Assembly: GCA_950097015.1 (NCBI GenBank)
Contig: CATNEN010000025.1
Coordinates: 6,014,001 to 6,078,000, forward strand
From: Macrostomum hystrix
Lineage: Eukaryota; Animalia; Platyhelminthes
Direction of reading: 5' to 3'
Length of the DNA stretch: 64,000 nt
Shown: positions 1 through 14,500 of the stretch, piece by piece
How positions within the stretch are numbered: the stretch's first letter is position 1
Layout of the letters: each line of letters begins with the position of its first letter
Translations under genes and position numbers: made by a program
The notes under the pieces: generated by a model
The model's input: the letters and a program-made list of their open reading frames with translations, nothing else
Told to the model about the DNA's origin: nothing
Database searches by the model: none

Positions 1-110
1 CCACAGGCCGATGGGGGGGCGGCCACCACCCCCACCCCCTGGTTGCGCTAACTGGTTGCTTTTAACTAAAAACCAATCATAAGATATTTTATTTTTCTTC
101 CAAATAAAAT

Positions 111-419
111 CATAATTAATAATTAATAATAATTGATTACACCTGCCCCAATTGGGTCAGATGTGCAGCCGACAGCACAGCCACAGCTAATGCGCGGCGC
201 ATCTGAAGGCTGCGTACAGCTGTTCAGTCCATGGACTGGGGGGACGCCACACCCACCTTGGGTACCAGCTGATGCTGGTACCCATTTAACAGCTGGGTGA
301 ACTGAAGCAATGCAGAGTTAAGTGTCTTGCTAAAGGACACAAATTGTTCCAGTGGGGTCGGGAATCGAACCCCTGACCTTCAAGTCATGAGTCCGATGCC
401 CTAACCACTAGGCTACAAC
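111..419 (-). mobile_element. tRNA-derived SINE, family 1 (CORE-like central domain), full length
   Basis: On the minus strand: tRNA-like head with A/B-box-like motifs (GTAGCCTAGTGGTTAG...GGTTCGATTCCC), a centre resembling the CORE-SINE consensus (TGTGTCCTTTAGCAAGACACTTAACTCTGCATTGCTTCAGT...AAATGGG) and a (TAAT/ATT)n tail. A near-identical inverted copy lies at about 30221-30515. Confidence 0.85.
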
Positions 420-2508
420 CTCCTTTCTAAATAAGGTTTTTCTTCTAAAAACAAAAGACAAAGAGATTACCAATTAACTTGTTATTTTATTTTTTTGGGC
501 AAAATCTGGCTCCAAAGGATTTGTCTAAAATCAGTCTGGAAAGAGATTAAGAATGAGAAACATATAATTTCTCTTAATGTCTCATCTCTCATTAAGAATG
601 AATATAGCTACTTAAAAGTTCAGGCAGTTTTAGTGTTCATGCTAAATTTGGAACAATTTATAAATTTATACATGGCTAGCTACAATTGTCTCACTTTGAA
701 TGCCTAGTATGCCACTTGGTGCACAAGCTAGAAGATGGATATAATGCATGTTAAGCATAGAATGACTAATAGAAACAAGTAAATAAGGTTGTTGTAAGAG
801 AAAATGGACTGTTTTATTACCAGTTATAAAATTATTTTACTTATATTAACTCTAAATGATCAAGACTGCCACACACCAAGACTTCCATAGCTCTGACTGG
901 CTCAACAGATAAGAGGAGGTCATCATTTTTATAAATTAGCAATGGAAGTGCATTGCTGATCAGTGTCAAATCCAACACCTAGCAACATGGCTGCTCTGAA
1001 AAGATTAAAGTAGGCCCCTATTATATAGTATTTTCTACGAAGAACAAATGTTTTGTTACCTATTAAAAGTAAGAGCCTGAGAAACAACTTTTTAGTTTAG
1101 GCTTTGGATTTTAAATGGAATTACTTGACTGCAAGTGTGGTCTCTACCAATCTCACATCTACCCACCCAAGCTATCCAATAGATGACCATCAGTTATTCC
1201 CTTGTAACCCCCACCCCAGATGTGGCAGTCTTGGTGTATGGAAGTCTTGGTCCTAAACCCTCTAAACTCTCAATTGTGCAAAATAAGCATTCTAGCCTGC
1301 ACTCTAGCTTTCCATTTTTTCTGGCATGAACCTAGCATGATCTAGACTATAGAAACATTACAAAAATATTTCTGACAACATACTCATTACAAAAGACTTT
1401 GTTATACAGTTATTTTTATCTTTAACAGTTTGTTATAACAGCATTTATATTTATACATTAAATATATTTTATCAAACTCATAGGGTTACAACTTACAAAT
1501 TTAAGTAATGCAATACTTCACTATAGCTATAGGCTATAAAAGGTAACAACTCGCCAATATTTGCTCTTATATAGGCCCTAGTAATGTGAACAGAAAGGGG
1601 AAAAATACTCAGTTTTTTAAGAAACGTTTTTAAGCAACTGCAAGTACAACATACAAGTTTAATTATATTTTGTACATAGCTTGTCTTGTGGTATAGGCTC
1701 ATAGAGAAAGTAAATGAAAAAGACGGCTAAAAATTAAGACAATTATTATACCGTAATTTTACTACTAGAGCATTTAACAACGTTGCATTGCATCGAAAAG
1801 TAGGCCTAGTGAATGGAATAGCCACTTTTTATAGCCATGGTCTTCGTCTTTATTAAGAAGAAAAAGGCTTAGACATTAGCTTATATGGAAAATCGATAAA
1901 GCATTGCAGGAATACAATCCATGCAGAAAGGACAAGTAGCGAATACACTAGAAACTTACCTTAACAAAGCTGATTCTGTATTTAAAAGAACCTTTACTCT
2001 TTACAGTTTACAAACGGTAATCCAGGAAACAGTGTATTTTGACACGCGCTTTCTAAGAAACTCACACTTTAGAAACACGAAAAGTAACATGTTTCAAGAA
2101 TGTCTGTCTGATTTTGGCGAATGCTTAAAATTAGTTGCTCTAGCTTGAAAAACTGAAAACAGTGGGATCATGAATTTATTCATTATTAACAAAAAATAAT
2201 GGCACTTAGTAGACTCTAATGTTTCACTTTTTACCGGGTGTTGTAGGTAAAACAAAATAAAAGAGTAAAATACTATTTCATCTTCAAAAAGCACAAAACT
2301 TGAAGCTTGCGATGTTGAATGTAAACGTTTTTGTATAGAATATAATATTTTTTGTACTCTTTTTGCTATGATTAATGAAAAACTTTCCTTTTTAAAACGG
2401 AGAATATTCTTTCGTCCTTCCTGTTAATATTGGCTTCAATAGTGACGATTTGAAACTTACTGTTGCATGTACTTACCCCCCTTTTGCTTATATGGTCTTT
2501 TATAAGTC

Positions 2509-5500
2509 ATGAGCGTTGTGTGCCTTTTGCTTCTGCTACCAGCGTTTGTGGTTTCACGTAAGTTTAAAAAAGCTTAAAAAATTGCCATCATTTGTAATAA
2601 TAAACTGCTGTATGGTCATGAGTTTAAATATTTATTAAAATGTGGCCTCCAGTTTTTAATAACAGTCCTTATCATTCTGAAATTGTAGCACATCTAAAAT
2701 TCCTGAAATTTTCGCTCCCTTTTTGTCCAGTAAATGCCATGCTTTTTTATAAGACCATTACATTAGCTAGAAATTAAGTTATACTCTCACTGTTTTGCTA
2801 TAGTCAGGAGGGTGTCCAGTGTACAGCGGAACTAATTCTGGGCCAAATCAAGTCTGAACGCCAATTTACACAGATTTTTAACAGCCTTTTTTATTTAACT
2901 CTATATGCTGAAGTAATTTTATCATTTTTTTCTCATTAAGAGACTTTTTGACTATGCTTCCACATATACTAAATATATCAATTTTTCCATGTGCTTTCAC
3001 ATCAAACAATCTTAAATAGTTTATTTGGGAACATAAAGAAAAAGGCATAACTATCCAACTGATTTTCTTGATTAAAGTCCAAGATAAATTGAAAAATTAT
3101 TGCAGGCAAAAATCTAAAATGTTGTCCTTTTGCAAAACAAAAGCAATTTAAAAATGGTTGTTTACAAGAATGCAAAATACTAATATTATTTTTCCCTTTT
3201 AGCTTTTTTTATTATGAGCAGTCCAATCTTAATGACAGTTAATACATATATTCAGATTTAAGCTAAATTATTTTAGAGTTATGCTTATGCGGACACTTAT
3301 GGTTGCTAATAGCTATTATGAATTTGTATATTGAATTTTACAAGTTTGTGTGTGTATGGTTTTTTTGCCTTGCACATGGATATGTATGCATATACCAATT
3401 TTTTAGGACAATTTCACCTTTCCTGATAATAGCCACTCTGCTTTGTTTAAATTCTTGACAGTTACAAACATATGATATGTCAATACAAAATGACAATCCT
3501 CTTTTATCTAATAACAATAATAAATGGCGATAGATTTACTACTTTGCAATCTGGTACTATATATGGATTGTAACCTAGTGGAGTAGTGGTTAGAATTTAG
3601 AATCCGTAGCTTAAAAGTTTGGGTTTGATTTCTTACTCCACTTGAACAATGTGTCCTATGGCAAGACAACTAACTCTGCATTGCTTCATTGCTTGATTCT
3701 AACAGATAAATCATGTTAATGTTTAAAATGGTTTGTTGTTAAGGTGGGATAGATGTCTAAAAAGCTAATCTTGTCAAAAGCATGGTACCTGTGTAAGCCA
3801 GGAAGTGGCTATAGCTACTTTTTGTTTTTAAGTGAATGCCTCATTGTTTAATTCATCTCTTAGGTGTGAATACTTTCCAATTAGGAAATTATAGCTCGTT
3901 ATTATTATATCAAAAATCTAAATTAGTGTTTTTATATCTAGGTGTATACTATTTGAGATACAACAATCCTTTTTATAGGACATATATATTAGGGTTCGTT
4001 TGTTCTGTTGCTTTTTACTTGTATGTTTGGGATCATGTCTACAGCTAGAAAATTCTAACAAACCATTTTAGAACGATGCGAGCTGTTTCCACTTATTCCT
4101 CTGGGCATGACTGACAGATACAATGGTATACCAGATTCCGCCATTAAGTCTTCCTCCCAACTGAATGAGCAATCCAAAGCATATTATGGACGATTGCACT
4201 TTTCGGATGGTGAGTTTCCATTCAATTGCGTAATGAAGTTTTTCCAGTTTTTCAATACATCTGCTCAAATTCTCGAACTGTCTAATTGATTTATATTTCA
4301 GGCTTTCTGTTCTTTCGCAATCAAGAAGGCGCCGGATCTTGGATGGCCGGCGATCAGAACACTGTCCAGTGGCTGCAGGTTGATCTTGGCGAGCGAAAAG
4401 TTGTTACTGGCATTGCCACCCAGGGCAGAAAGGGCGGTCGCGAATGGGTCATGGATTACTTTGTCCAGTACGCCGACGACAACGATGGAAAGAACTGGCT
4501 CTATTACCGAGACGAATATGGCTCTCCGTACCTATTTAGTGGCAACATTGATGACCAGGGTGTGGTGAAAAATGAATTTCTTTATCCTATCATAGCTAGA
4601 TTTGTGCGCGTTAATCCGCAAAGGTGGCACAATTTGATCTCCCTTCGCATGGAGCTTTACGGGTGTAGCCTCGAATCTTACATCGCCACTTTCTCTGGTC
4701 AGAGTCGCATAGAGATGAGCCTGAACCAAGGTGTTCAAACAATCAACGATCGCATCCAGTTCCGATTCCGCACTCAGCAAACGAACGGACTGATACTTTA
4801 CGCTTCCTCTCATCAGACTGATTACCTAGTAGTTGAGCTTTACCAATCGAAACTGCGCATTAACATCAATCTTGGCCGGACGGCTTCTATTTCTGGCATA
4901 AATGAGATCTTTGCCGGCTCCATGCTTGACGACGGCCTATGGCACGATGTCCTGATTGTGCGCGAGCAGCGAATGTTTAACATCAGTGTTGACCGAGTAA
5001 AGGTGTGGCTCGAGCTGCAGACTGAGTATCTGCATCTAAATCTGAACGGAAAAATCTATCTAGGTGGCTTAGATGTGTTCACAAACAAGCAAGGCCTGTT
5101 AGTGCGAAATAACTTCACTGGTTGCTTAGAAAATGTGTGGATCAACGGTCTAAATCTTATTAGGGACTCCAGAACTACGCCAGACAGTGAGAACGCAGTG
5201 TCAGGTTTCAAAATCGTCGGCGGTGTTGGAAGCACGTGTTCCCAGACTAGCGCATCAACTGGTGTGATCACCTTGGCCTCAGTCGATGCTTATGTCAAAG
5301 CTGTCCGCGATCCAGGCAGAAATCTGCAAGTGTCAGTTTCGTTCCGAACTTTTCAAAAAGACACAGTTCTTATATATCATCCTCTTCAGACAGTGAACGG
5401 AGTTACTGATAAATTTGTGGCTGTTGACCTTATCGAAACTGGTCAACTGCAGCTTGTTGTGCAGCTCAAAAACGCCATCCAAAAGGATGTTGGCGTCGTC

Positions 5501-8500
5501 TATTCTAACCAAAACGCTTTGGCTGGTCCAGATCAGTTTGCCGACGGATTGTGGCACACGATTGACATGCAGCTTACAACCAATTCAATTATCGTCACGG
5601 TCGATGGTGCGACATATTCCACTGTGCAACTTTTGGACTTGAACTACAACTCTATCACCTATATTGGCTGGTCTCCAGACAGGCTCAGCCTGGTCAACAA
5701 GAACTGGAAGGGCTTCCGTGGCTGCATTAAGCAGGTTTCTGTTCAGAGTCGCATTATTGATTTTGAAAACTTGGACCCAACTAATATGCAGGGTACTATT
5801 AAAAATGGCACTTGCGCTATGCGTGACTTCTGCATGCCAAATCCCTGCAAGCGTGGCGCCAACTGCAGCCAGAACTGGGACGAGTTCTTCTGCAACTGCC
5901 CTGAAGGCTACAGAGACAGTGCAGTCTGTCACGAGTCAACTTATTTTACCTCCTGCTCTGAGATGCAGCTTCTTTACCCAACTATTAGCGAGAAGAACAT
6001 CACTATTGACATTGACGGCTCGCAGATTTTGGATCCGATTAAGGTCAGCTGTGTATTCCGGGACAACATAGTTCGAACTCTGGTTAATCACACCGCCAGG
6101 CCTGACACAGTGGTGCGTCAATCATACATCATGATTTTTTTAAGTTTATTTGTCTGTTCTGTTATGCTTTGGCTAAGAGATTAGAACTTCGGACTCAGGG
6201 AAAACAATTTCGTGCAATTAAAAAAACTGTGTCCTTTCAGCAAGACACCTTCTTTTTTGCGAAATTTTAACCAGGTGTAGAATGGGTGCCTGCTTGGACA
6301 GCTGTACAGTCATTGGTTGCGCCGCATTGTAGCTGTGACTGTGCCACTGGCTGTACTATCTGACCCAACTGGCTAAGGTGTCATTTCTATATTTATTACA
6401 TCTCTATGCTAGTCTATGGGTTGTAGCCTTGTGGTTAGAGCATCGGACTAACGACTTAAGGGTCGGGGGTTCGGTTCCCCACTCCACTTGACCATTTTGT
6501 GTTCTTTAGCAAGATGGTAAATTCTGATTTGCTTCAGTTCGCTAAGCTATAACTGGGTAGCAGCATTAGCAGTGGTAATTGCGGATTTAGGGTAATTCAG
6601 ACAAATACTTTCTCGAGTCAAGCATACCGAACATAAACATATAATTATTGCTATTGTTTCTCTCGCATTACAGGTGGACGGCTTCCAATTGCCTGGATCC
6701 TTCATCTACACCGTCAATTATCAGACATCGACCCTGTCCCTAGCCGAACTTGTTCGCCGCAGCGTCTCCTGTCGCCAAATGATCAACTATAAGTGTCGCA
6801 ATACTCGCCTACTCAGTAGGCCCACACTAGGCGGCACAACATTGACTAATCGGGCCTGGTCCTGGTGGATCTCAAGGCGCGGACAGCCTCGCTATTATTG
6901 GGGCGGCTCGGCGCCCGGCATTCAACGCTGCGCCTGCGGCGTCACTGGCACCTGTCAGCGAGGCGCAGTATGCAACTGCGACAGCTTCTCCGACACTGTG
7001 GACTCCTCCGATTATCAGCAGGATACGGGCTACTTCACCTATAAGGAAGATCTGCCAGTAACTCAGCTTAGATTTGGCGATACTGGTAGTACGGCCGATT
7101 TAAAGCAGGGCGAATTCACTCTAGGACCTCTGGAGTGTACTGGAGATACTCTGTTTGATAACACAGTCACCTTCAGAAAAACTGACGCCACTATTGAATT
7201 GCCGTCGATCTATTCTGAGACGGAGCTGGACGTGCGCTTCCTATTCAAGACTACCCAGACTGACGCAGTGTTTTTCCAAATCTCCGGCAATAAGACTGGA
7301 CACTTTTTAGAGGCTCGTTTGAAGCGTGGGCGCGAGATTCAATTCTCATTTAATGCCGGCTACGGTGTCTTGTCGCTTAGCTCGGTGTCCTTTAGCAGTA
7401 GTCCTGGCGAGAGTCAGGTCACGGTTATTTATAATGATAACGAGTGGCATATTGTGCAGTTTGAAAGAAATCGCAAAGAATTCACTCTGCGCGTTGACCA
7501 GGTGATTTTGATTCACATTATTAGTATATAAATTTCAAATTTCATTGCTGATTTAATACTTGTACTTTTCTCTTGACATATTGCTTCTTGATCCCATCTC
7601 TCCCGACACCTGTCTTCACGGGAGTACGTGGATTACTGGCCAGGAAAACAAGAAAACTGTTTGTAGAGGATTGCTTGCGGGAGGATTGCTTGCGGGAGGA
7701 TTGCTTGCGAGAGAATTGCTTGCGAGAGGATTGCTTGCGAGAGGATTGCTTGCGGGAGGATTGCTTGCGAGAGAATTGCTTGCGAGAGGATTGCTTGCGA
7801 GAGAATTGCTTGCGAGAGAATTGCTTGCGAGAGGATTGCTTGCGAGAGAATTGCTTGCGAGAGAATTGCTTGCGAGAGGATTGCTTGCGGGAGGATTGCT
7901 TGCGAGAGAATTGCTTGCGAGAGGATTGCTTGCGAGAGAATTGCTTGCGAGAGAATTGCTTGCGAGAGGATTGCTTGCGAGAGAATTGCTTGCGAGAGGA
8001 TTGCTTGCGAGAGGATTGCTTGCGAGAGAATTGCTTGCGAGAGGATTGCTTGCGAGAGAATTGCTTGCGAGAGGATTGCTTGCGAGAGAATTGCTTGCGA
8101 GAGGATTGCTTGCGAGAGAATTGCTTGCGAGAGAATTGCTTGCGAGAGGATTGCTTGCGAGAGAATTGCTTGCGAGAGGATTGCTTGCGAGAGAATTGCT
8201 TGCGAGAGGATTGCTTGCGAGAGAATTGCTTGCGAGAGGATTGCTTGCGAGAGAATTGCTTGCGAGAGAATTGCTTGCGAGAGGATTGCTTGCGAGAGAA
8301 TTGCTTGCGAGAGGATTGCTTGCGAGAGAATTGCTTGCGAGAGGATTGCTTGCGAGAGGATTGCTTGCGAGAGGATTGCTTGCGAGAGAATCGCTTGCGA
8401 GAGAATTGCTTGCCAGAGGATTGCTTGCAAATGCTAGCTCTTATCCGCTTAAAATAGGCAAGCACTGCGAAAAAAGCATCGTTTAGCAAACAGTCCTTCC

Positions 8501-11500
8501 GCAAGCAATCCCCTTTGACCCATCTTCGCTGACACCCTTTCCTACCGCAGGCACCCACCTCGTCGGACACCGATCGCTACTAACACCCTAGTCCCCACTT
8601 CTCCTATAGTCACCTCTCGACACCTATTGACAAGAATGTTATTCTACTCCACAGGATGAAATCCGTCGCGATCGTGAGCCGATCGATCAGGCCTTCCAGT
8701 TTTTGAAATTCGACAGTCCACTGTACGTTGGCGCCACTCAGAACTTCAACGAGGGCTACCTTGGCTGCCTATCCAACTTCATGATTAACGGTGTTGTGCA
8801 AGACCTGCTGGGCATTGTCAGCAGGAGGGAGGTCACCTACGGCGTTCTGCCCGGCTGCCAGCCGCGCTGCCTATCAAATCCTTGCCTAAATCGTGCTGAA
8901 TGCTTCGAGTTTTATTCGCACTATTATTGCGAATGCGGCATCACGCCATACCGAGGCTACATCTGCGGCAGGACAGTCGGCGCCACTTTTAAATCCAGCT
9001 CGGATATAATTAGTATCGACATTTCCCAACCAGCTGGCGCCAAGGGTATCAATACCATAGACGAATATATTCGGATTGGCTTCAAGACCAGGTCTAAGGT
9101 TGGCATCCTGATGCAGATTCGCAACGAAGACATACCGGCCAATAATATGCAAGGCGGGCCGCACGAATCATTAATTGTGCGTATTAACAACGCCGGCGGC
9201 ATCACAGTCGAAATTGATCTTGGCTTCCAATGGTACGAAGTCACCACTAGCCAGTTGGATGTGGATTTCACCAACGATCAGCACCACACTGTGGTTGTGT
9301 ACAGGACAAAGGCTGGCCGACAGGTTAGTGAATTTATATTGTGCTTTTAATCCGAAGCTAACCTAAGTGTTCACATACTTAAATCTTCTAAGAGCACAAG
9401 GAATTTTACACACTCCCAAATTATTAGTTTAAGTTTTGATCCTTCCCAGATCCTCATGTTCAGCTCACAATCTTCCGAGATCCTTATGTTCAGCTCACAA
9501 TCTTCCCAGATCCTCATTTTCAGCTCACAATCTTCCCAGATCCTCATGTTCAGCTCACAATCTTCCCAGATCCTCATGTTCAGCTCACAATCTTCCCAGA
9601 TCCTCATGTTCAGCTCACAATCTTCCCAGATCCTCATGTTCAGCTCACAATCTTCCCAGATCCTCATGTTCAGCTCACAATCTTCCCAGATCCTCATGTT
9701 CAGCTCACAATCTTCCCAGATCCTCATGTTCAGCTCACAATCTTCCCAGATCGTCATGTTCAGCTCACAATCTTCCCAGATCCTCATCTTCAGCTCACAA
9801 AATTCCCAGATCCTCATGTTCAGCTCACAATCTTCCCAGATCCTCATGTTCAGCTCACAATCTTCCCAGATCCTCATTTTCAGCTCACAATCTTCCCAGA
9901 TCCTCATGTTCAGCTCACAATCTTCCCAGATCCTCATGTTCAGCTCACAATCTTCCCAGATCCTCATGTTCAGCTCACAATCTTCCCAGATCCTCATGTT
10001 CAGCTCACAATCTTCCCAGATCCTCATGTTCAGCTCACAATCTTCCCAGATCCTCATGTTCAGCTCACAATCTTCCCAGATCCTCATGTTCAGCTCACAA
10101 TCTTCCCAGATCCTCATGTTCAGCTCACAATCTTCACAGATCCTTATGTTCAGCTCACAATCTTCCCAGATCCTCATGTTCAGCTCACAATCTTCCCAGA
10201 TCCTCATGTTCAGCTCACAATCTTCCCAGATCCTCATGTTCAGCTCACAATCTTCCCAGATCCTCATGTTCAGCTCACAATCTTCCCAGATCCTCATGTT
10301 CAGCTCACAAACTTCCCAGATCCTCATGTTCAGCTCACAATCTTCCCAGATCCTCATGTTCAGCTCACAATTTTCCCAGATCCTCATGTTCAGCTCACAA
10401 TCTTCCCAGATCCTTATGTTCAGCTCACAAACTTCCCAGATCCTCATGTTCAGCTCACAAACTTCCCAGATCCTCATGTTCAGCTCACAATCTTCCCAGA
10501 TCCTCATGTTCAGCTCACAATCTTCCCAGATCCTCATGTTCAGCTCACAATCTTCCCAGATCCTCATGTTCAGTTCACAATCTTCCCAGATCCTCATGTT
10601 CAGCTCACAAACTTCCCAGATCCTCATGTTGAGCTCACAATCTTCCCAGATCCTCATGTTCAGCTCACAATCTTCCCAGATCCTCATGTTCAGCTCACAA
10701 TCTTCCCAGATCCTCATGTTCAGTTCACAATCTTCCCAGATCCTCATGTTCAGCTCACAATCTTCCCAGATCCTCATTTTCAGCTCACAAACTTCCCTGA
10801 TTGTCAAGTTAGGCTTAGAACCTTGTCTAGATTCTAGATCCCAAAGTTTTTGCATTTCTTTAAAACTCCAATAGCGACTAAACAACTTCACTTTGCTAAT
10901 AAAATCCCCTTTCAGGTGAACATTGCCGTTGACGACTATCCGGTGCAGTTTTTCGACTTCTCGGGTATGCTTAGCGCCACCTCCGATACCCGTCTGGACA
11001 ATCCGGCCCGCATCTACATCGGCCGGAATAGCAGTATGGCCGCAGGCTTCGAGGGCTGCATCTACGGAGTGCAGTTTAACAACTTCTTTCCATTGAAAGC
11101 CGCTTTCCAGGAGCCTGCTAATTCTAAGGTTAATATGTCGTCTGGAATTGTGGAGAATTATTGTGGTATCGAAGAAATTCTGCCTATTGATGATCCGGCC
11201 GAAATCAGGTGAGCTTAGTATTCCATCATTAGCATCATTAATAAACCATAATCTTCTACATCCTCAGAGTACGGCGTTAATCTTCCCAGATCCTCATATT
11301 ATGGTTTTGATTCTCCCAGATCCTCAGAGTATGGTTTGAAATCCTCCCACATCCGCAGATTATGGTTTGAAATCTTCCTGCATCCTCAAATTATGGTTTG
11401 AAATCCTCCCACATCCGCAGATTATGGTTTGAAATCTTCCCAGATCCTCAAATTATGGTTTGAAATCCTTCCAGCTCCTCAAATTATGGTTTGAAATCCT

Positions 11501-14500
11501 CCCAGATCCTCAAATTATGGTTTGAAATCCTTCCAGATCCTCAAATTAGGGTTTGAAATCCTCCCAGATCCTCAAATTAGGGTTTGAAATCCTCCCAGAT
11601 CCTCAAATTAGGGTTTGAAATCCTTCCAGATCCTCAAATTATGGTTTGAAATCCTTCCAGCTCCTCAAATTATGGTTTGAAATCCTCCCAGATCCTCAAA
11701 TTATGGTTGAAATCCTTCCAGCTCCTCAAATTATGGTTTGAAATCCTTCCAGATCCTCAAATTATGGTTTGAAATCCTTCCAGCTCCTCAAATTATGGTT
11801 TGAAATCCTCCCAGATCCTCAAATTATTGGTTGAAATCCTTCCAGCTCCTCAAATTATGGTTTGAAATCCTTCCAGATCCTCAAATTAGGGTTTGAAATC
11901 TTCCCAGATCCTCAAATTAGGGTTTGAAATCTTCCTGCATCCTCAAATTAGGGTTTGAAATCTTCCTGCATCCTCAAATTAGGGTTTGAAATCCTTCCAG
12001 ATCCGCAGATTATGGTTTGAAATCTTCCTGCATCCTCAAATTATGGTTTGAAATATTCTCAGATCCTCAGATTATGGTTTGAAATCCTCCCACATCCGCA
12101 GATTATGGTTTGAAATCTTCCTGCATCCTCAAATTATGGTTTGAAATATTCTCAGATCCTCAGATTATGGTTTGAAATCCTCCCACATCCGCAGATTATG
12201 GTTTGAAATCTTCCTGCATCCTCAAATTATGGTTTGAAATCTTCCTGCATCCTCAAATTATGGTTTGAAATCTTCCCAGATCCGCAGATTATGGTTTGAA
12301 ATCTTCCCAGATCCTCAAATTATGGTTTGAAATCCTCCTGCATCCTCAAATTATGGTTTGAAATCCTCCCACATCCGCAGATTATGGTTTGAAATCTTCC
12401 CAGATCCTCAAATTAGGGTTTGAAATCTTCCTGCATCCGCAGATTATGGTTTGAAATCCTCCCACATCCGCAGATTATGGTTTGAAATCTTCCCAGATCC
12501 TCAAATTAGGGTTTGAAATCCTCCCACATCCGCAGATTATGGTTTGAAATCCTCCCAGATCCTCAAATTAGGGTTTGAAATCTTCCCAGATCCTCAAATT
12601 AGGGTTTGAAATCCTCCCAGATCCTCAAATTAGGGTTTGAAATCCTCCCAGATCCTCAAATTAGGGTTTGAAATCCTCCCAGATCCTCAAATTAGGGTTT
12701 GAAATCCTCCCAGATCCTCAAATTAGGGTTTGAAATCCTCCCACATCCTCAAATTAGGGTTTGAAATCCTCCCAGATCCTCAAATTAGGGTTTGAAATCC
12801 TCCCAGATCCTCAAATTAGGGTTTGAAATCCTCCCAGATCCTCAAATTAGGGTTTGAAATCCTCCCAGATCCTCAGATTATGGTTTGAAATACTCCCAGA
12901 TCCTCGGGATATAGTTTTAAATATCCTCCTAGATCCTCAGATAATGGTTTGAAATCTTCCCAGATCCTTAGCTAATGGTTTGAAATCCTTCCAGATCCTC
13001 AAATTATGGTTTGAAATCTTCCCAGATCCTCAAATTATGGTTTGAAATCCTCCCAGATCCTCAAATTATGGTTTGAAATATTCTCAGATCCTCAGATTAT
13101 GGTTTGAAATCCTCCCACATCCGCAGATTATGGTTTGAAATCTTCTCGGATCCTCAGATTATGGTTGAAATCTTCACGGATCCTCAGATTATGGTTGAAA
13201 TCTTCTCGGATCCTCAGATTATGGTTGAAATCTTCTCGGATCCTCAGATTATGGTTGAAATCTTCTCGGATCCTCAGATTATGGTTGAAATCTTCCCAGA
13301 TCCTCAGATTATGGTTGAAATCTTCTCGGATCCTCAGATTATGGTTGAAATCTTCACGGATCCTCAGATTATGGTTGAAATCTTCTCGGATCCTCAGATT
13401 ATGGTTGAAATCTTCTCGGATCCTCAGATTATGGTTGAAATCTTCCCAGATACTCAGATTATGGTTTGAAATCTTCCCAGATACTCAGATTATGGTTTGA
13501 AATCCTCCCAGATCCTCAGATAATGGTTTGAAATCTTCCCAGATCCTTAGCTAATGGTTTGAAATCCTTCCAGATCCTCAAATTATGGTTGAAATCTTCC
13601 CAGATCCTCAAATTATGGTTTGAAATCCTCCCAGATCCTCAAATTATGGTTTGAAATATTCTCAGATCCTCAGATTATGGTTTGAAATCCTCCCACATCC
13701 GCAGATTATGGTTTGAAATCTTCCTGCATCCTCAAATTATGGTTTGAAATCCTTCCAGATCCTCAAATTAGGGTTTGAAATCTTCCCAGATCCTCAAATT
13801 ATGGTTTGAAATCCTCCCAGATCCTCAAATTAGGGTTTGAAATCCTTCCAGATCCTCAAATTATGGTTTGAAATCCTCCCAGATCCTCAAATTATGGTTT
13901 GAATTCCTTCCAGATCCTCAAATTATGGTTTGAAATCCTTCCAGATCCTCAAATTATGGTTTGAAATCCTTCCAGATCCTCAAATTATGGTTTGAAATCC
14001 TTCCAGATCCTCAAATTATGGTTTGAAATCCTTCCAGATCCTCAAATTATGGTTTGAAATCCTTCCAGATCCTCAAATTATGGTTTGAAATCCTTCCAGA
14101 TCCTCAAATTATGGTTTGAAATCCTTCCAGATCCTCAAATTATGGTTTGAAATCCTTCCAGATCCTCAAATTATGGTTTGAAATCCTTCCAGATCCTCAA
14201 ATTATGGTTTGAAATCCTCCCAGATCCTCAAATTATGGTTTGAAATCCTTCCAGCTCCTCGGGATATAGTTTTAAATATCCTCCTAGATCCTCAGATGAT
14301 GGTTTGAAATCTTCCCAGATCCTTAGCTAATGTTTTGAAATCCTCCCAGATTCTCAGATTATGGTTTGAAATCTTCCCAGATCCTCAGATTATGGTTGAA
14401 ATCTTCACGGATCCTCAGATTATGGTTTGAAATCTTCTCGGATCCTCAGATTATGGTTGAAATCTTCTCGGATCCTCAGATTATGGTTTGAAATCTTCAC

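Noticed and set aside
1-54. End of a non-autonomous DNA transposon (reverse complement CAGTTAGCGCAACCAGGGGG...)
   Set aside because: It resembles common MITE termini, but the other end lies outside the window and cannot be supported.
340-420. tRNA genes (also ~6420, 17015, 30225, 38585)
   Set aside because: The A/B-box heads lack a complete cloverleaf and continue into shared SINE bodies.
495-2294. Short AT-rich ORFs (also 16213, 21955, 41526, 44902, 62618)
   Set aside because: Under 90 aa, low complexity, non-ATG starts and no motifs; expected by chance.
11545-12850. Interstitial telomeric repeats (TTAGGG)
   Set aside because: Single hexamers arise from a TTATGG-to-TTAGGG variant within a 31-bp unit and are never tandem.
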